Assembly: GCA_965153285.1 (NCBI GenBank)
Contig: OZ229113.1
Source: Podarcis tiliguerta
Taxonomy: Eukaryota
Strand: one strand, 5' to 3'
DNA: 64,000 nt
Part shown: positions 38,068 through 50,953 of the stretch, in pieces
How positions within the stretch are numbered: position 1 is the first letter of the stretch
How the letters are laid out: the number at the start of each line of letters is the position of its first letter
Program-made: the position numbers and the translations under genes
Notes under the pieces: model-generated
Told to the model about the DNA's origin: nothing
Databases searched by the model: none
Seen by the model: only the letters and a program-made list of their open reading frames with translations

Positions 38068-40989
38068 GTGGGGGAGGGAGACAGTGCTCCTGAAGGTAGG
38101 AGTCTATCAACTGATGAAGATGATCATCCAAATGTCATAGACCAAATGGAGCAAACAGCAAGCAGACCTAGTGGTGGGAGGAAAAAATCCTTAAGTAAGA
38201 GACACAGGGGAATGACTAATGGACTTCAATGTCTGTACACTAATGCACAAAGCATGGGAAATAAACAAGATGAGCTTGAGCTCTTGGTACAGCAAACTAA
38301 ATATGACATAATAGGCATCACTGAAACCTGGTGGGATAAGTCCCATGATTGGAATGTAATAATGGAGGGATACAATCTATTTCAGAGAAACAGACCAGAC
38401 AAGAAAGGAGGAGGAGTGGCGTTATATGTCAGGGATGTGTATACCTGTGAAGAGATCCAAGATTTAGAACCTCAAAGCCAAAGTGAGAGCATTTGGGTCA
38501 AAATTAAGGGAGAGAAGAATAACAGTGACCTCATTGTGGGAGTTTATTATAGATCCCCAAGCCAAACGGAGGACATAGATGATGCCTTCCTGGAACAGAT
38601 GGCCAAGCATGCAAAAGGAAGGGAGATAGTAGTAATGGGGGACTTCAATTACCCAGATATTTGTTGGATGTCAAACTCAGCCAAGAGCATAAGGTCAAAC
38701 AGATTCCTCACTGGCCTTGCAGACAACTTCATTGTCCAGAAAGTGGGAGAAGCAACAAGAGGAACAGCCATTTTAGATCTGGTCCTAACCAATGTCGATG
38801 ACCTGGTTAATGGGGTAGAAGTGGAAGGATCATTAGGCGCAAGTGATCATGCTCTTCTGAAGTTTACTATACAACGGAAAGGAGCAGCCAAGCATACTAG
38901 GACTCAATTTCTTGACTTTAAGAAAGCCGACTTCATAAAACTTAGGGAAGTGCTGGGTGAGATCCCATGGACAGTAATACTAAAAGGAAAGGGAGTTCAT
39001 GATGGCTGGGAGTTTATTAAGAGGGAGATAGTAAAAGCACAACTTCAGGCAATACCAATGAGACGGAAACATGGAAGGTGCCTAAAGAAGCCAGGGTGGC
39101 TATCTAAAGAACTTTTAACTGAGTTGAGATTAAAAAAGGATGTGTACAAAAAATGGAAAAGGGGGGAAACCACCAAAGAGGAATTCAAACAAATAGCCAG
39201 CACGTGTAGACACAAAGTCAGAAAAGCTAAAGCACAGAATGAACTCAGGCTTGCTAGAGAGGTTAAAAGCAACAAAAAAGGCTTTTATGGGTATGTTCGT
39301 AGCAAAAGGAAGAACAAAGAAACAGTGGGGTCACTCAGAGGAGAAGATGGTGAAATGCAAACAGGGGACACAGAAAGGGCTGAACTCCTCAATGCCTTCT
39401 TTGCCTCAGTCTTCTCCGATAAAGAAAACAATGCCCGACCTGAAGAATTTGGAGCAAATGATTCAGCAGAGAAAACACAGCCCAGAATAACTAAGGAGAT
39501 AGTACAAGAATACTTGGCTAGTTTAGATGTATTCAAATCTCCAGGGCCAGATGAACTGCATCCAAGAGTATTAAAAGAACTGGCAGATGTGATCTCAGAA
39601 CCACTGGCAATCATCTTTGAGAATTCCTGGAGAACAGGCGAAGTCCCAGCAGACTGGAGGAGGGCAAATGTTGTCCCTATTTTCAAAAAGGGGAAAAGAG
39701 AGGACCCAAATAATTACCGCCCAGTCAGTCTGACATCAATACCAGGGAAGATTCTGGAGCAGATCATTAAGCAAACAATCTGTGAGCACCTAGAAAGGAA
39801 TGCTGTGATCACCAATAGTCAGCATGGATTTCTGAAAAATAAGTCATGTCAGACGAACCTGATCTCATTTTTTGACAGAATTACAAGCCTGGTAGATGAA
39901 GGGAACGCAGTGGATGTAGCCTACCTTGATTTCAGCAAGGCATTTGACAAGGTGCCCCATGATATTCTTGTAAAGAAGCTGATAAAATGCGGTCTTGACT
40001 ATGCTACCACTCAGTGGATTTGTAACTGGCTGACTGACCGGACCCAAAGGGTGCTCATCAATGGTTCCTCTTCATCCTGGAGAAGAGTGACTCGCGGGGT
40101 GCCACAGGGTTCTGTCTTGGGCCCGGTCTTATTCAACACCTTTATCAACGACTTGGATGATGGACTCAAGGGCATCCTGATCAAATTTGCAGATGACACC
40201 AAACTGGGAGGGGTGGCTAACACCCCAGAGGACAGGATCACACTTCAAAACGACCTTGACAGATTAGAGAACTGGGCCAAAACAAACAAGATGAATTTTA
40301 ACAGGGAGAAATGTAAAGTATTGCACTTGGGCAAAAAAAATGAGAGGCACAAATACAAGATGGGTGACACCTGGCTTGAGAGCAGTACATGTGAAAAGGA
40401 TCTAGGAGTCTTGGTTGACCACAAACTTGACATGAGCCAACAGTGCGACGCGGCAGCTAAAAAAGCCAATGCAATTCTGGGCTGCATCAATAGGAGTATA
40501 GCATCTAGATCAAGGGAAGTTATAGTGCCACTGTATTCTGCTCTGGTCAGACCTCACTTGGAGTACTGTGTCCAGTTCTGGGCACCACAGTTCAAGAAGG
40601 ACACTGACAAACTGGAACGTGTCCAGAGGAGGGCAACCAAAATGGTCAAAGGCCTGGAAACGATGCCTTATGAGGAACGGCTAAGGGAGCTGGGCATGTT
40701 TAGCCTGGAGAAGAGGAGGTTAAGGGGTGATATGATAGCCATGTTCAAATATATAAAAGGATGTCACATAGAGGAGGGAGAAAGGTTGTTTTCTGCTGCT
40801 CCAGAGAAGCGGACCCGGAGCAATGGATCCAAACTACAAGAAAGAAGATTCCACCTAAACATTAGGAAGAACTTCCTGACAGTAAGAGCTGTTCGACAGT
40901 GGAATTTGCTGCCAAGGAGTGTGGTGGAGTCTCCTTCTTTGGAGGTCTTTAAGCAGAGGCTTGACAACCATATGTCAGGAGTGCTCTGA
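38068..40989 (+). CDS. CR1 ORF2p: APE endonuclease plus reverse transcriptase (true start uncertain; first AUG at 38146)
   Basis: EN motifs YTNAQS, ITETW, GDFN and SDH; RT motifs [26 protein letters not shown] and FADD; CR1 C-terminus LEKRRLRGD. Confidence 0.97.
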   Translation: MGEGDSAPEGRSLSTDEDDHPNVIDQMEQTASRPSGGRKKSLSKRHRGMTNGLQCLYTNAQSMGNKQDELELLVQQTKYDIIGITETWWDKSHDWNVIMEGYNLFQRNRPDKKGGGVALYVRDVYTCEEIQDLEPQSQSESIWVKIKGEKNNSDLIVGVYYRSPSQTEDIDDAFLEQMAKHAKGREIVVMGDFNYPDICWMSNSAKSIRSNRFLTGLADNFIVQKVGEATRGTAILDLVLTNVDDLVNGVEVEGSLGASDHALLKFTIQRKGAAKHTRTQFLDFKKADFIKLREVLGEIPWTVILKGKGVHDGWEFIKREIVKAQLQAIPMRRKHGRCLKKPGWLSKELLTELRLKKDVYKKWKRGETTKEEFKQIASTCRHKVRKAKAQNELRLAREVKSNKKGFYGYVRSKRKNKETVGSLRGEDGEMQTGDTERAELLNAFFASVFSDKENNARPEEFGANDSAEKTQPRITKEIVQEYLASLDVFKSPGPDELHPRVLKELADVISEPLAIIFENSWRTGEVPADWRRANVVPIFKKGKREDPNNYRPVSLTSIPGKILEQIIKQTICEHLERNAVITNSQHGFLKNKSCQTNLISFFDRITSLVDEGNAVDVAYLDFSKAFDKVPHDILVKKLIKCGLDYATTQWICNWLTDRTQRVLINGSSSSWRRVTRGVPQGSVLGPVLFNTFINDLDDGLKGILIKFADDTKLGGVANTPEDRITLQNDLDRLENWAKTNKMNFNREKCKVLHLGKKNERHKYKMGDTWLESSTCEKDLGVLVDHKLDMSQQCDAAAKKANAILGCINRSIASRSREVIVPLYSALVRPHLEYCVQFWAPQFKKDTDKLERVQRRATKMVKGLETMPYEERLRELGMFSLEKRRLRGDMIAMFKYIKGCHIEEGERLFSAAPEKRTRSNGSKLQERRFHLNIRKNFLTVRAVRQWNLLPRSVVESPSLEVFKQRLDNHMSGVL

Positions 40990-41828
40990 TGGTGTTTCCT
41001 GCTTGGCAGGGGGTTGGACTCGATGGCCCTTGTGGTCTCTTCCAACTCTATGATTCTATGATTCTATGATTCTATGATTCTATAATGCCATTAGGAAAAT
41101 AAAGGCTCGTTTTTTTTTAAAGAACAAAATCCTTATTTATATTCTGTATGAGTTATCGCCTAATGAATTGTGATGCAGTATTCCTTGTCTTTGCCTCTTC
41201 CGCGACAATGTTTACTCTTCGCTATGATTAATTAGCAGGTAATAAAGTCTATTTTGTGTTTTGAAGCCAAATTGTCTACTAAGTTCTTCAGTGCTCCGTC
41301 ACTTGGGGATAAAATGCTAAACCACCATTCCAGGCTTTAGTTTCCAGGCATGCATGCTGCCATCATTCACCACCATGGAGGGATAGAACTTTGAGCACTA
41401 ATGACTTAAATGAATCGGGATGCTGTTGTGGAAGAGGAGCTCTGTGGGAGCAATGCAGCTTTGAATGTGTAGCAAAGAGATGGATCAAGCTGCATGGATC
41501 CAGCCGCAGTCTTCTAATCATCTTCGAGATAAGAAACTAAGCTGCTTCTTGCTGGATCAAACCAAAGGCTAACGCCGTCCAGCATTCTTTCTCCCACAGT
41601 GGCTAACTAGGACATAAAGACAAAAACTGTGTGTTCAGGCTTTGTTTGTTTTTAATTAATGTGATACAATTTTTTATGGTTCTATACTGCATGTCAATGG
41701 TTTCTGCTGTTGTTGCTTGTGAGCCACCCAGATAATTTCAGCTATGGGACAGCTATACAAACGGGATTTTTTACTTTAGAGAAAAAGTGAGGAAAACGCT
41801 TAGAATATTACATACGGATACAGAATAG

Positions 41829-42748
41829 TTTTTTCTCCCTTTCGCATAACACGAGAACTTGTGGACATTCCATGAAGCTGAATGGTGGACGATTCAAGAC
41901 AGATAAAAGCACGCATTTCTTCATGTCACATACCGTTAAACTATGGAACTCACACTTGCAGGAGGCAAATGATGGCCACCAACTTGGATGGCTTTAAAAG
42001 AGGACAAATTAATGGAGGAGAAAGCTTTTGATAGCTACTAACCATGATGGCTATGCTCTGCCACCACAGGAGGTCAGAGTGCTTTTGTGCTCGGGATCTG
42101 CTTCCAGATTTCCCACATGCTCTAGTTATCTCCCGCTTCGACTACTGCAATGCTCTCTACGTGGGGCTACCTGTGAAGGTGACCCGGAAACTACAACTAA
42201 TCCAGAATGCGGCAGCTAGACTGGTGACTGGGGGCAGCAACCAGGACCACATAACACCGGTCTTGAAAGACCGACATTGGCTCCAAGTACATTTCCAAGC
42301 ACAATTCAAAGTGTTGGTGTTGACCTTTAATGGCCTCAGCCCAGTATACCTGAAGGAGCATCTCCACCCCATCGTTCTGCCTGGACACTGAGGTCCAGCG
42401 CTGAGGGTCTTCTGGCGGTTCCCTCACTGCGAGAAGCTAAGCTACAGGGAACCAGGCAGAGGGCCTTCTCGGTAGTGGCACCCGCCCTGTGGAACTCCTT
42501 CCTACCAGATGTCAAAGAGAAAAACAACTACCTGACATTTAGAAGACACCTGAAGGCAGCCCAGAGTGGCTGGGGAAACCCGGCCAGATAGGCGGGGTAC
42601 AAATAATAAATTACTATTACTATTATTATTATTATTACTATTACTATTATTACTATTACTATTACAGGCACCTGGCTGGTCACTGTGAAAGCAGGAGGCT
42701 AGACTAGATGGGCCATTGGCTTCATCCAGCAGGCTCTTCTTAAGTTCT
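41829..42748 (+). mobile_element. Old CR1 3' fragment split by an L2 insertion
   Basis: Degenerate ORF2 end (GTTAAACTATGGAACTC, TTGGATGGCTTTAAAAGAGG). The 3' UTR resumes at 42664 (ACAGGCACCTGG...GACTAGATGGGCCATTGGC). Confidence 0.75.
42118..42663 (+). mobile_element. L2-clade LINE, 5'-truncated
   Basis: Encodes HALVISRFDYCNALYVGLP..KLQLIQNAAARLVTG..HITPVL..HWL..FKVL, the L2 ORF2 C-terminus, and has a (TTA/CTA)n tail. Confidence 0.9.
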
Positions 42749-42834
42749 TTTGAGTAGTAGCCAAAATAGTAAGAATAATAATATCTTTATTGTCATTGTA
42801 CAACCTGTGCACAATGAAATAAGATACTCCAGGA

Positions 42835-43810
42835 AGGTATCTAATCCCCCTTTAAAGCACTCTTAAGTTAATGGCCTTCATCAAATCTGGTGGTAACAAA
42901 TTTAACTATGAGCTGGGTGAAGAAGTACTGTACTTGGAAGGCACTCTGAGGGGAATCTAATCCGATCCCCTGCAATTCAGGAATGTCAGCTAAAGCACCC
43001 ATGACAGATGGCTATCAACCTCATAGGAAGGAGAGTCCACCACCTTCGGAGGGAGTCTGTTCGGTGGTCAAACAGCTCTTTACCCTCAGGAAGTTATTCC
43101 TGATGTTTAGTCAGAATCTCCAAGTTTTAACAGCTGACGGGAAATTTTCTATGCATTTTCTCCATACAATGCATAATTTTATCGTGTTCTCGATTATTTG
43201 CCTCTTTCTTCTAAATCAAACGCTGTAACGTTTCCTTATGAGGGAGTTGCTGCAGCTCCCTTCTCATTTTAGCTGCCCTCTCTTGGCACCTTTCCCAGCT
43301 CTGTGGTATCTTTTTTGAGATGCGGCAACCAGAACTATACACAGTATCCAAGTGCAGTCGCACTATAGATTTGAATAATGACATTATGATATTGGCAGCT
43401 TTCTTTTCGATCCCTTTCCTAATGCGCCCTACCATGGAATTCATCTCCCTCACAGCTGTTACACACTGGCTCAACAGCATACCTAAGCTACCCACCATGA
43501 CTCCAAGATCAATTTCCTACTCAGCCTTCGCGTCCTCAGACCCCCATCAATGTGTGTGCATCTCTTTACATTTAATTATGCTGAACTGTTTGCTTACACT
43601 GACCTTGCATTTGCAATTTTATTGATCATTCACCCATTTGGGAGAGTCCCTTTTGCAGTTTTCTGCAGATCCCTTTTTGTTCTTATCACCCTGAATAATT
43701 TGGGTCATCAACAAAGTTGGCTACCTCATTGCTCTTCCCCAACTCCAGGTCCTTTATGAACAAGTTGAAAAAGCACCAGTCTAAATCTTTGGGAGACCCC
43801 ACTACTTACA
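42835..43810 (-). mobile_element. Degenerate CR1 ORF2 (RT C-terminal) fragment with a second CR1 3' end nested at ~42935-43122
   Basis: Minus-strand peptide SQCVTAVREMNSMVGRIRKGIEKK..IIMSLFKSIVRLHL resembles the intact ORF2 ([36 protein letters not shown]). It is frameshifted. Confidence 0.8.
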
Positions 43811-46800
43811 CTTCTCAAGAACCTGGGATCAGGTTAACCAAAGAATCACCTCTCTCTTGTTAAAGCTGAGGTGGTGGTGGAGAGATGTTATTGTGATTTT
43901 GTTATTATTCCGCTGTCTGTTATCATGCTTTTTATCATGTTTTTATTATTGATGCTCCATAAAATGTGTTCTTAATGTTGTGCACCACCTTGAGATCTTT
44001 TGATAAAGGGCAATGTATAAATTGAATAAATAAAATAATAATATTATCAGATGAGGCTACTGCTGAAAGTACCACATGCCTTAGAGGTGCATTTCGTTTG
44101 TACTAGAAACTGGACTTTTTAGTGTTGCAGCTTCAGCCCTCTGGAATCAATTACCAACCAAAATTAAACATACACATCCTGTTATTCATTTATTGAATTT
44201 ATATCCCTAACTTCCTTCCAAAGGAGCCCAGGGTGGGATATAAATTCCCAATGAGGTGCCTCCTAAAGAAGTTTTCTTGTAAAATATGAATAGTGCACCT
44301 GTAGAAATAGTACTTTTCATTCATAGTGTAGGAAATGCTTTAATTGTTTTTTATATTTGGGTTTTTTTTGTATTTTCTTTTATTTATAACTCATATACCA
44401 CTTTGATGGCCTCAGGTAGTTTAAGCATTTTAATGATACAATCTCTCCATTGTGAAAACTGTCAATTTATTCTTACTCGCTTTTCTTTAGCCAGTTACTG
44501 ATCTGAATGATGATCTGCCCTTTTACCCACGACTATTACATTTGTTCAGGAACCTTTGCTGAAAAGCTTTGTCAAACATTTTTTTAAAAAAATAAAAGTC
44601 CAAGATCTAAGTGAAGTGGATAATCCTTATGCACATGTCCAAGATGGAAACTTCTGGTGAATTCTAAAATGTTAGCAAAACAGGACTTGCCTTTGAAGAA
44701 GCCGTGTTGATTCTTCAGCTTCATGGGAACTTTGTTAGAGTTTGTTAAATGTTGACATTGCTAAGACATAATGGTCCCGAGGTAGCAAACTGAGTAAAAG
44801 CACCACAGCTTTCTCACCAGATGAAACACCATTATCACTATGAGTTTTAACGCAATGAGAACAGAATGAGTGTCTATGGAAAAACACATAGATGGGTAAT
44901 CTCTTCCTTCCATTGAAACAGAATGATTCAGTAATAAGAAGCAGAGCAACAATTACCCAAAAGTATCAAACCAACTTGGCTGTGCATTTCGCAACATTTT
45001 AGGATGCATTTAAGGAACGAGGGAACTTCTCCACATATGCTAAGCTGGTCATCTGTTTTCACATTTCCTGCTGAGGATTGGAAATACGGCTTGAAAAGCT
45101 GGCACTGCGTTCACTTCAGAAAGAACCATTTCCATCCTGCCAAAGAGAAAGGCAACATTTCCCAACCAACCCATTATCTGAAGAGCTCTTCACATCAGTT
45201 CTTCCACAGAAGAATTTTTTTCTTAGCTTCTCTGCATAGTCTTTTGATTTATGTGCTGGGTGCCAGTTTCACTCTGCTCTACAGCTCAGAAGCCAGTTTC
45301 TTGATTAAAGGCAGAAACCAAAAATACACATTTCTTCACATTGGAATGGAGCTTCAGAGAAGGTGTCCTCATCCAAGAGAACAGATGTATAGCGAAAGAA
45401 TATGGTGGAGATCCAAAGTGCCTCATGTAGATGCCTAAATGCTATCGTGCCCTCCAGATGTCCCATCCCTAACTCCTTGTGATTATTGGAGGCTGTCCCT
45501 TCTGTTCTGACACAGCTTTGCAGAGTGTTCAGTAAGAAGGGAACATCAGCAAAAGTCCCTGTGGGTGGACGGCAATTGGGGGTACAGAGACTGCTGAACT
45601 CAGTTTCACCTTTAGCTCCTTGCCCCACATTATCCCCAGCTACAGAATGGGGATAAGAGGGGCCCATATTGTAGTGCTATTGCAAGTATGACTGAGAACA
45701 TGTGTGAATTGTTTTTAATCTTCAGTTGAAGTGTTGAAGATTAAAAGCTATTTTTAGATGTGTGCAGAGCTGATTTTTTTTGTTTGTAATACAAAGGGAA
45801 GAGACACAGCATGGCATTGTTCAAACCAATAGAACTGCTCTAGAGTAAGGAAGGAATGCTTTGGAAGGGATATTCTAGAGGCGGTTATGTCGGAAAATAT
45901 TTTGCCAGTGCTGAACATTGGTTCAAAATGCCCACCTGTGATTCCATGAGATGAGCTAAAGGTCTTCTCAGCGTAGCTTATTTAATTATACATTTCTTTA
46001 TCTTAGGCTTTGAGACCACTACTTAGGCAATTGCCTCTCAAAGCTGTTTACAACTGCAAACATTACAAAGCCATGAAATCAACAACAATAATAGAAAGGC
46101 AGAGTTGGAAGGGGCCTCTGAGGCCAACCCCCAAATATGATTAAACATTTAAAATAGCCATTTCCTTCCAAGGTGTCCAGGCTACAGCTCACCATACAAG
46201 AAGAGAGGGGAACCTTGCTGGCTTTTGGTGGCCTTGATCTTTATCTCCTCCCAAACTTCAGAACCATTTCAGAGACAGTCAACCACTCCAACATCAATGA
46301 CACCAAGTGATTGACAAGTGGGTTGTCCCACAAACCTGCCAAAGCTGGAATGCAGGGGAGGAGATAGTAACCAAGCAGGATTGAACCCGCTGTGCACCAG
46401 CTGATGTGCAGAAAATTCAATCTTCCTTTCTGCAGGGCAGCCACTACTCTACCTGCCCTGCACCTAACATAAATTGTGACATCAGGTATGGGGCAAGTGG
46501 GTATGGTTTTTTTGAGGGGGAAATGGCCTCACGCCAAAACTGGGGAGGCCTGGGGGGCCAAATTTGACCCTTGAGCCAGAGGTTCCCCAGCCCTCCTATG
46601 CAATAAAAGAAAAAGCTAGTTCTAAAGGACAACATCCAATTTAGAGATCACAACCAGGACATAGCAGTATAAAATAGTTTGCCCTACCCTGTTGCACCTC
46701 ACAGCAGCCCATGCTGGTTAGGATAACTGTTGACTTGGCAGCACATTAAAGCCCTCTTGAGCCTTATGAAGACTGGTTGGTCAGAACTTCCTATTAGCCT

Positions 46801-47934
46801 CCCCTGCTGTCTGTTCTTTTAAAGGACCATTGCCATTGTGTAGCCTTGTTTCCCATGGCATGAAGGTGCTGAGGGATGAATCAGAAGGGTGTCCTCTGAG
46901 CTAGAGAAGGCCACATTTGGTCTTGGGTGCAGGGGTGTGTGTGATGACTCCCCAGATGATATTTCCTTTCCCTCCGAGTTGGCTTCTGGATTGTGGCCAA
47001 AGAACTGTCTGTTATCACAACTTTCTTTGTGCAACTACGCAAAGAGGCGCTTTGAGATACACTCTTGATTTCCGTTCTCCAATCTTGACATGTTTGGTCA
47101 CTGAAAATGACAACAGCAAGATGACACCACTACCCTGGGCTCTTTGGATCTCAGCACTGGTCATCCCACAGCTACGCAGATTGATGTTTTGAAGGCTCCA
47201 AATTTTCTTTAAGATTGATCTGGCTGTGATAAAGAAGAGCATCTAGTCAGAAAGTGGGAGGGATCCTCCTGTTTCTGTGGTTTCAAAGCAGCGCGCACGG
47301 CTCTAAAGAAGTTCTTTGTCCTGACAAATGGATGAATTATTAATGCCTTCACAAATACAAGGTGGAGAGAGATCTTTTTACATCCTCTGACACCCAGAGA
47401 TATAATGAGTCTTCCTGACAAGCCGCCATAGCAAAGCAACAGCTAGAACATACCACACGTTACAACGGCGTATAAATAATACATGCTTATTAAAATGAAA
47501 AGTTGAGGCAAACAGCAAAGGATGGCTACTACCAGTAGGATTACAGTAAAACCTTATTCATCCAGACCTCCCATTTAGGAAGCCTTTGATGCAATAGGCC
47601 TCTTTTGTGGCATCTGGTAGCTGCAGGGGGAAGCACTCTTTCTATGAATTACCAATGTTAATTGTTGACTTTGAAGTATTATCTCTGTTTTCATTCCACA
47701 TGGTCATGCTGTTCTCTGGAGGCTTCCAGGTTCTTCTCTTTAAAGTACAATCTGGGGGGAAATTATTGGAGCTCATTTCCCTCCCCCCCCCTCCATGGAA
47801 TCTTGGTTTTTTGCTTGTCCAATGCAAGTCTCTTCTTCCCAGTAGCATTGCTATGTTCCACCAATGTGCAACAAACTTTAGAGCTGTGTGTGTGTGTGTG
47901 TGTGATCTACATTCACATACACACACAAATATAA

Positions 47935-48285
47935 ATTTATTTGTTTTCCCCCCAATTAAAGTTTTACGATCACATATCCAACATACAACATATAAAAACA
48001 AGATTCCAAAGAATCTTCTGGACTTCTCTCCTCCTCATTTGTGGGTCCTGTTGTTAGTCATTTCCTCCTGCATCTTTTATTATAATCCAGATCTTTTACA
48101 TCTCCATCATATCCAAAATTCACCATTAAACTACAAATGTTATTCCAATCCTGCTAACGATTTTAACTGTTTACAATGGTTTTTTAGGATAAATTATAAA
48201 ATTTCCCCTTCTCTTTTTGAAATTTTGGTCTTTCTGATTTCTGAGTCTTACGGTCATTTTTTGCCATTTTGGCATAATCCATCCA
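47935..48285 (-). mobile_element. L1-clade LINE 3' end
   Basis: Minus-strand MDYAKMAKND....KFQKEKGKF resembles the squamate L1 ORF2 C-terminus as recalled, followed by an A-rich 3' UTR. CA/TG runs flank it. Confidence 0.6.
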
Positions 48286-48601
48286 CACACACACACACAC
48301 ACATAAACACACACACACTAACATTTTTCCATCATGCAACTCAGGTATGTCTTCCATCCAGACCAAGCCCGCTTAACCCTGCACACTTGCATCATGTCTA
48401 ATCAGAACGCATCCTGATCCCAGGTTAATGATGAGTGGTTAAGGATGGGTCCAGAATTCCTATGGCCACTGGAAGGGTGAGGAGACTACTTGGACCTCAG
48501 AGAGAGAGGGGTGCCTTGATGGCAGAGGCTGATAGAGCCAGGCAGGCCTGTGAAGAGGACTACTTCTACCTCATCCAAACCTCCTAGAACACAGAAGATC
48601 A

Positions 48602-48799
48602 GGAGAAGGACTGTGACTCAGTGATTCCATGTTGGCTTCCCATGCAGAAGGTCCCAGGTTCAAACCCTGGCATCTCCAGGCAGGGCAGAAAGACACCCCT
48701 GCTTGCAACTCTGGAGAGCTGCTGCCCATCAGAATAGGTAATACTGGTTTGCGTGGGCCAGTGGTCTGAATCAGCCTAAGATGGCTTCCTGAGTTCCTA
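48602..48799 (+). mobile_element. tRNA-derived SINE (LF-SINE-like squamate family)
   Basis: B-box GGTTCAAACCC, then CTGGAGAGCTGCTGCC, ending GGCTTCCTGAGTTCCTA. Confidence 0.65.
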
Positions 48800-50275
48800 G
48801 GTTTGGATGGCTGTGCCCACCTTGTGGAATTCTGTTAGACTTCAGAATGGACAAGTTTAGAATTGCACTACGATAAAAATAGCTTTCGAAAATAGAACTA
48901 TGAAATACTGACTATTCTTTAGCTCCACAAAGAACTAGATGTAGAAAAGGCCCCCACATACCCATGTTTTCTCAAACCCCTTAATGCTGGCTTTTGTAAC
49001 TTAAATCAAATTGGGCTTGCTGAATGTCTGATGGCCTACCATGTGTCCAAACCCTTCGTATAAATTGCTTTGCTGTGGATTCCACTCCTTGGGGACTGTC
49101 AAAGAGAAGAAGAAGAAAAAGGCATTATTTCAATACATGCATAGTATGACGCAAGTTTTAAATTAGATTGGATTTTTATTATCTTGGATAAAAAGCAATG
49201 GCAGCTACAAAATCACAATTGTACGCCCGGCAGTAACAAGCTACTGTAAGATGCAAGGCAGGTCCCAGTAACATAAGCAAGTCTCATGGTGTTGTCATTC
49301 TACTTCTCTTAGAATCAGTGATATGCTTCTGCACAAAATCCTGTTTAATTTTCACACTAGAGACAGGGAAGCCTACTGCCTTGAACGTTATGCTGAAAAC
49401 TGTCCAGACCTATGTTACCTCCTCTGCTCTTTCAGATTGGCTTTTAGAATGCAGAGAATAAAATCTCCTGGGTTTTGGCAGGTATGTTAGAGAGGATGGT
49501 CTATGAAGATATTAATTAAAACCATAGAAACAGATTTGCCTTCGGGATTATAATGAGGAAGGGGGTGATGATAGGTTAGCTTAGCTGACAATATTCTCCG
49601 AGGGAATCGTCTTCCAAAACAGCTCTCTTAGCCAAGGCCAGAAGGAACTGCATTTGCCACCTCCACCAACGTGAGTCACACTGCCTTAATGTATATAATT
49701 AAAGTGATATGCACCTCTTAAGGAGGCAGAGGTGAAGCCAAATTAGATGGGTGATGGAGGACATCGCTCAAGTACGGTCCCGTGAGCAATGTGAGAAGTG
49801 GTACATTTAATAAACTGCTTAATGAACTTTGGTTTTCGGAGGCATAGGGGAACACTTTTGTCTTAAGCATTGTAAACACAGTAATTGGTAACCTAGCCTT
49901 GTTTTCAAAGGTGATGCAGCTGCGGCTTCTGCTGAACATGCCCAGGGCTCTGTAGCTAAGTATATGCTTCACATTTCTGTGGTCTTTCATTCAAGCCTGA
50001 GCCAGTGACAGCGTGGAAAAGATGAATGCAGGAGTGCCTGAACAGCCGCTGCCAGAGAGGTTTGGGCCATTGTCATAATTCTGCAAATAAACACTGCAGG
50101 TGGCTGAAAGATACCAACCTGCCAACCTATTTCTGTACACTATCTGCCCAGGTGTTCCTTTGTTCAGGGCTCCAAGGTGCCCAGGTATACTTCTCTCTGT
50201 ACGCAACCCTTCTGCTTCAAAGAATCAGGTACATTCTCTGGAAATGTGGTGTTGGGAGAACACAAGGACCACACT

Positions 50276-50512
50276 GAGAGCCAATGTAGTGCAATGGTTG
50301 GAGTGTTGGACTAGGGCCTGGGAGATCAGGGCTCATATCCCCACTCTGCTATGAAGATCACTGGGTGATCTCAGGCCAGCCACTACCTCTCAGCCTAGCC
50401 TACCTCACAGGGTTGTTGTGAGGCTAATTGAGGAAGGCAAGAACCATGTGTGCCACTTTGAGCTCCTGGGAGGTAAAGCTTCTTGGTGGAAAAGGTGAGC
50501 TATAAATGCAAC
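50276..50512 (+). mobile_element. Squam3-like SINE, near full length
   Basis: GAGAGCCAATGTAGTGCAATGGTTGGAGTGTTGGACTAGG head, CTCAGCCTAGCCTACCTCACAGGGTTGTTGTGAGG core, and TATAAAT tail. Confidence 0.75.
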
Positions 50513-50825
50513 AAGCAAACAAACGAACAACTCCATTATTGTTTCAATTGCCTTAGGAACACAGAATCTAGATTGCGGTCCATTGGTTACAATCAAGCCT
50601 GAGTGCTTTGAGAAAGGTAGTACATCATTCACGACAAGCAAAACTCACCATTTCTGTATTCTGTATTTCACTTGTAGTCTCTGGACCAACTCCCACATTC
50701 TGCAACTCAAGTACATTCACACTCATTACAATATGCATTTAATTCCATATGCGGGTATGGATCTGTTTGAGAATATATGATGTAGCAGTGCAGATAGCAA
50801 TCTTGTATGAACAAATAAATATCCA

Positions 50826-50953
50826 AAGTCTAAAGAAAGGATGGGGAGCCTTTGGCCCTCCAGATGTTACTGCAACTGAGGCCTGAGACTGATGGTAGTT
50901 GGAGTTCAGTAACATCTGGAGGGCCACTCATTCCCCAACCCTCCTTTAGACTT
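50826..50953. mobile_element. Palindromic hAT-like MITE
   Basis: TGGCCCTCCAGATGTTACTG / CAGTAACATCTGGAGGGCCA inverted arms. Confidence 0.7.

Larger units (their letters stand above)
37010..41083 (+). mobile_element. CR1 LINE with both ORFs intact (5' boundary approximate)
   Basis: ORF1 and ORF2 are uninterrupted. The 3' end has a stem-loop GGGTTGGA...TTCCAACTC and an (ATTCTATG)n tail at ~41046-41083. No TSD identified. Confidence 0.97.

Noticed and set aside
47607-48401. 264 aa plus-strand ORF
   Set aside because: It spans CA/TG microsatellites and an antisense L1 fragment, with no domain or exon support.
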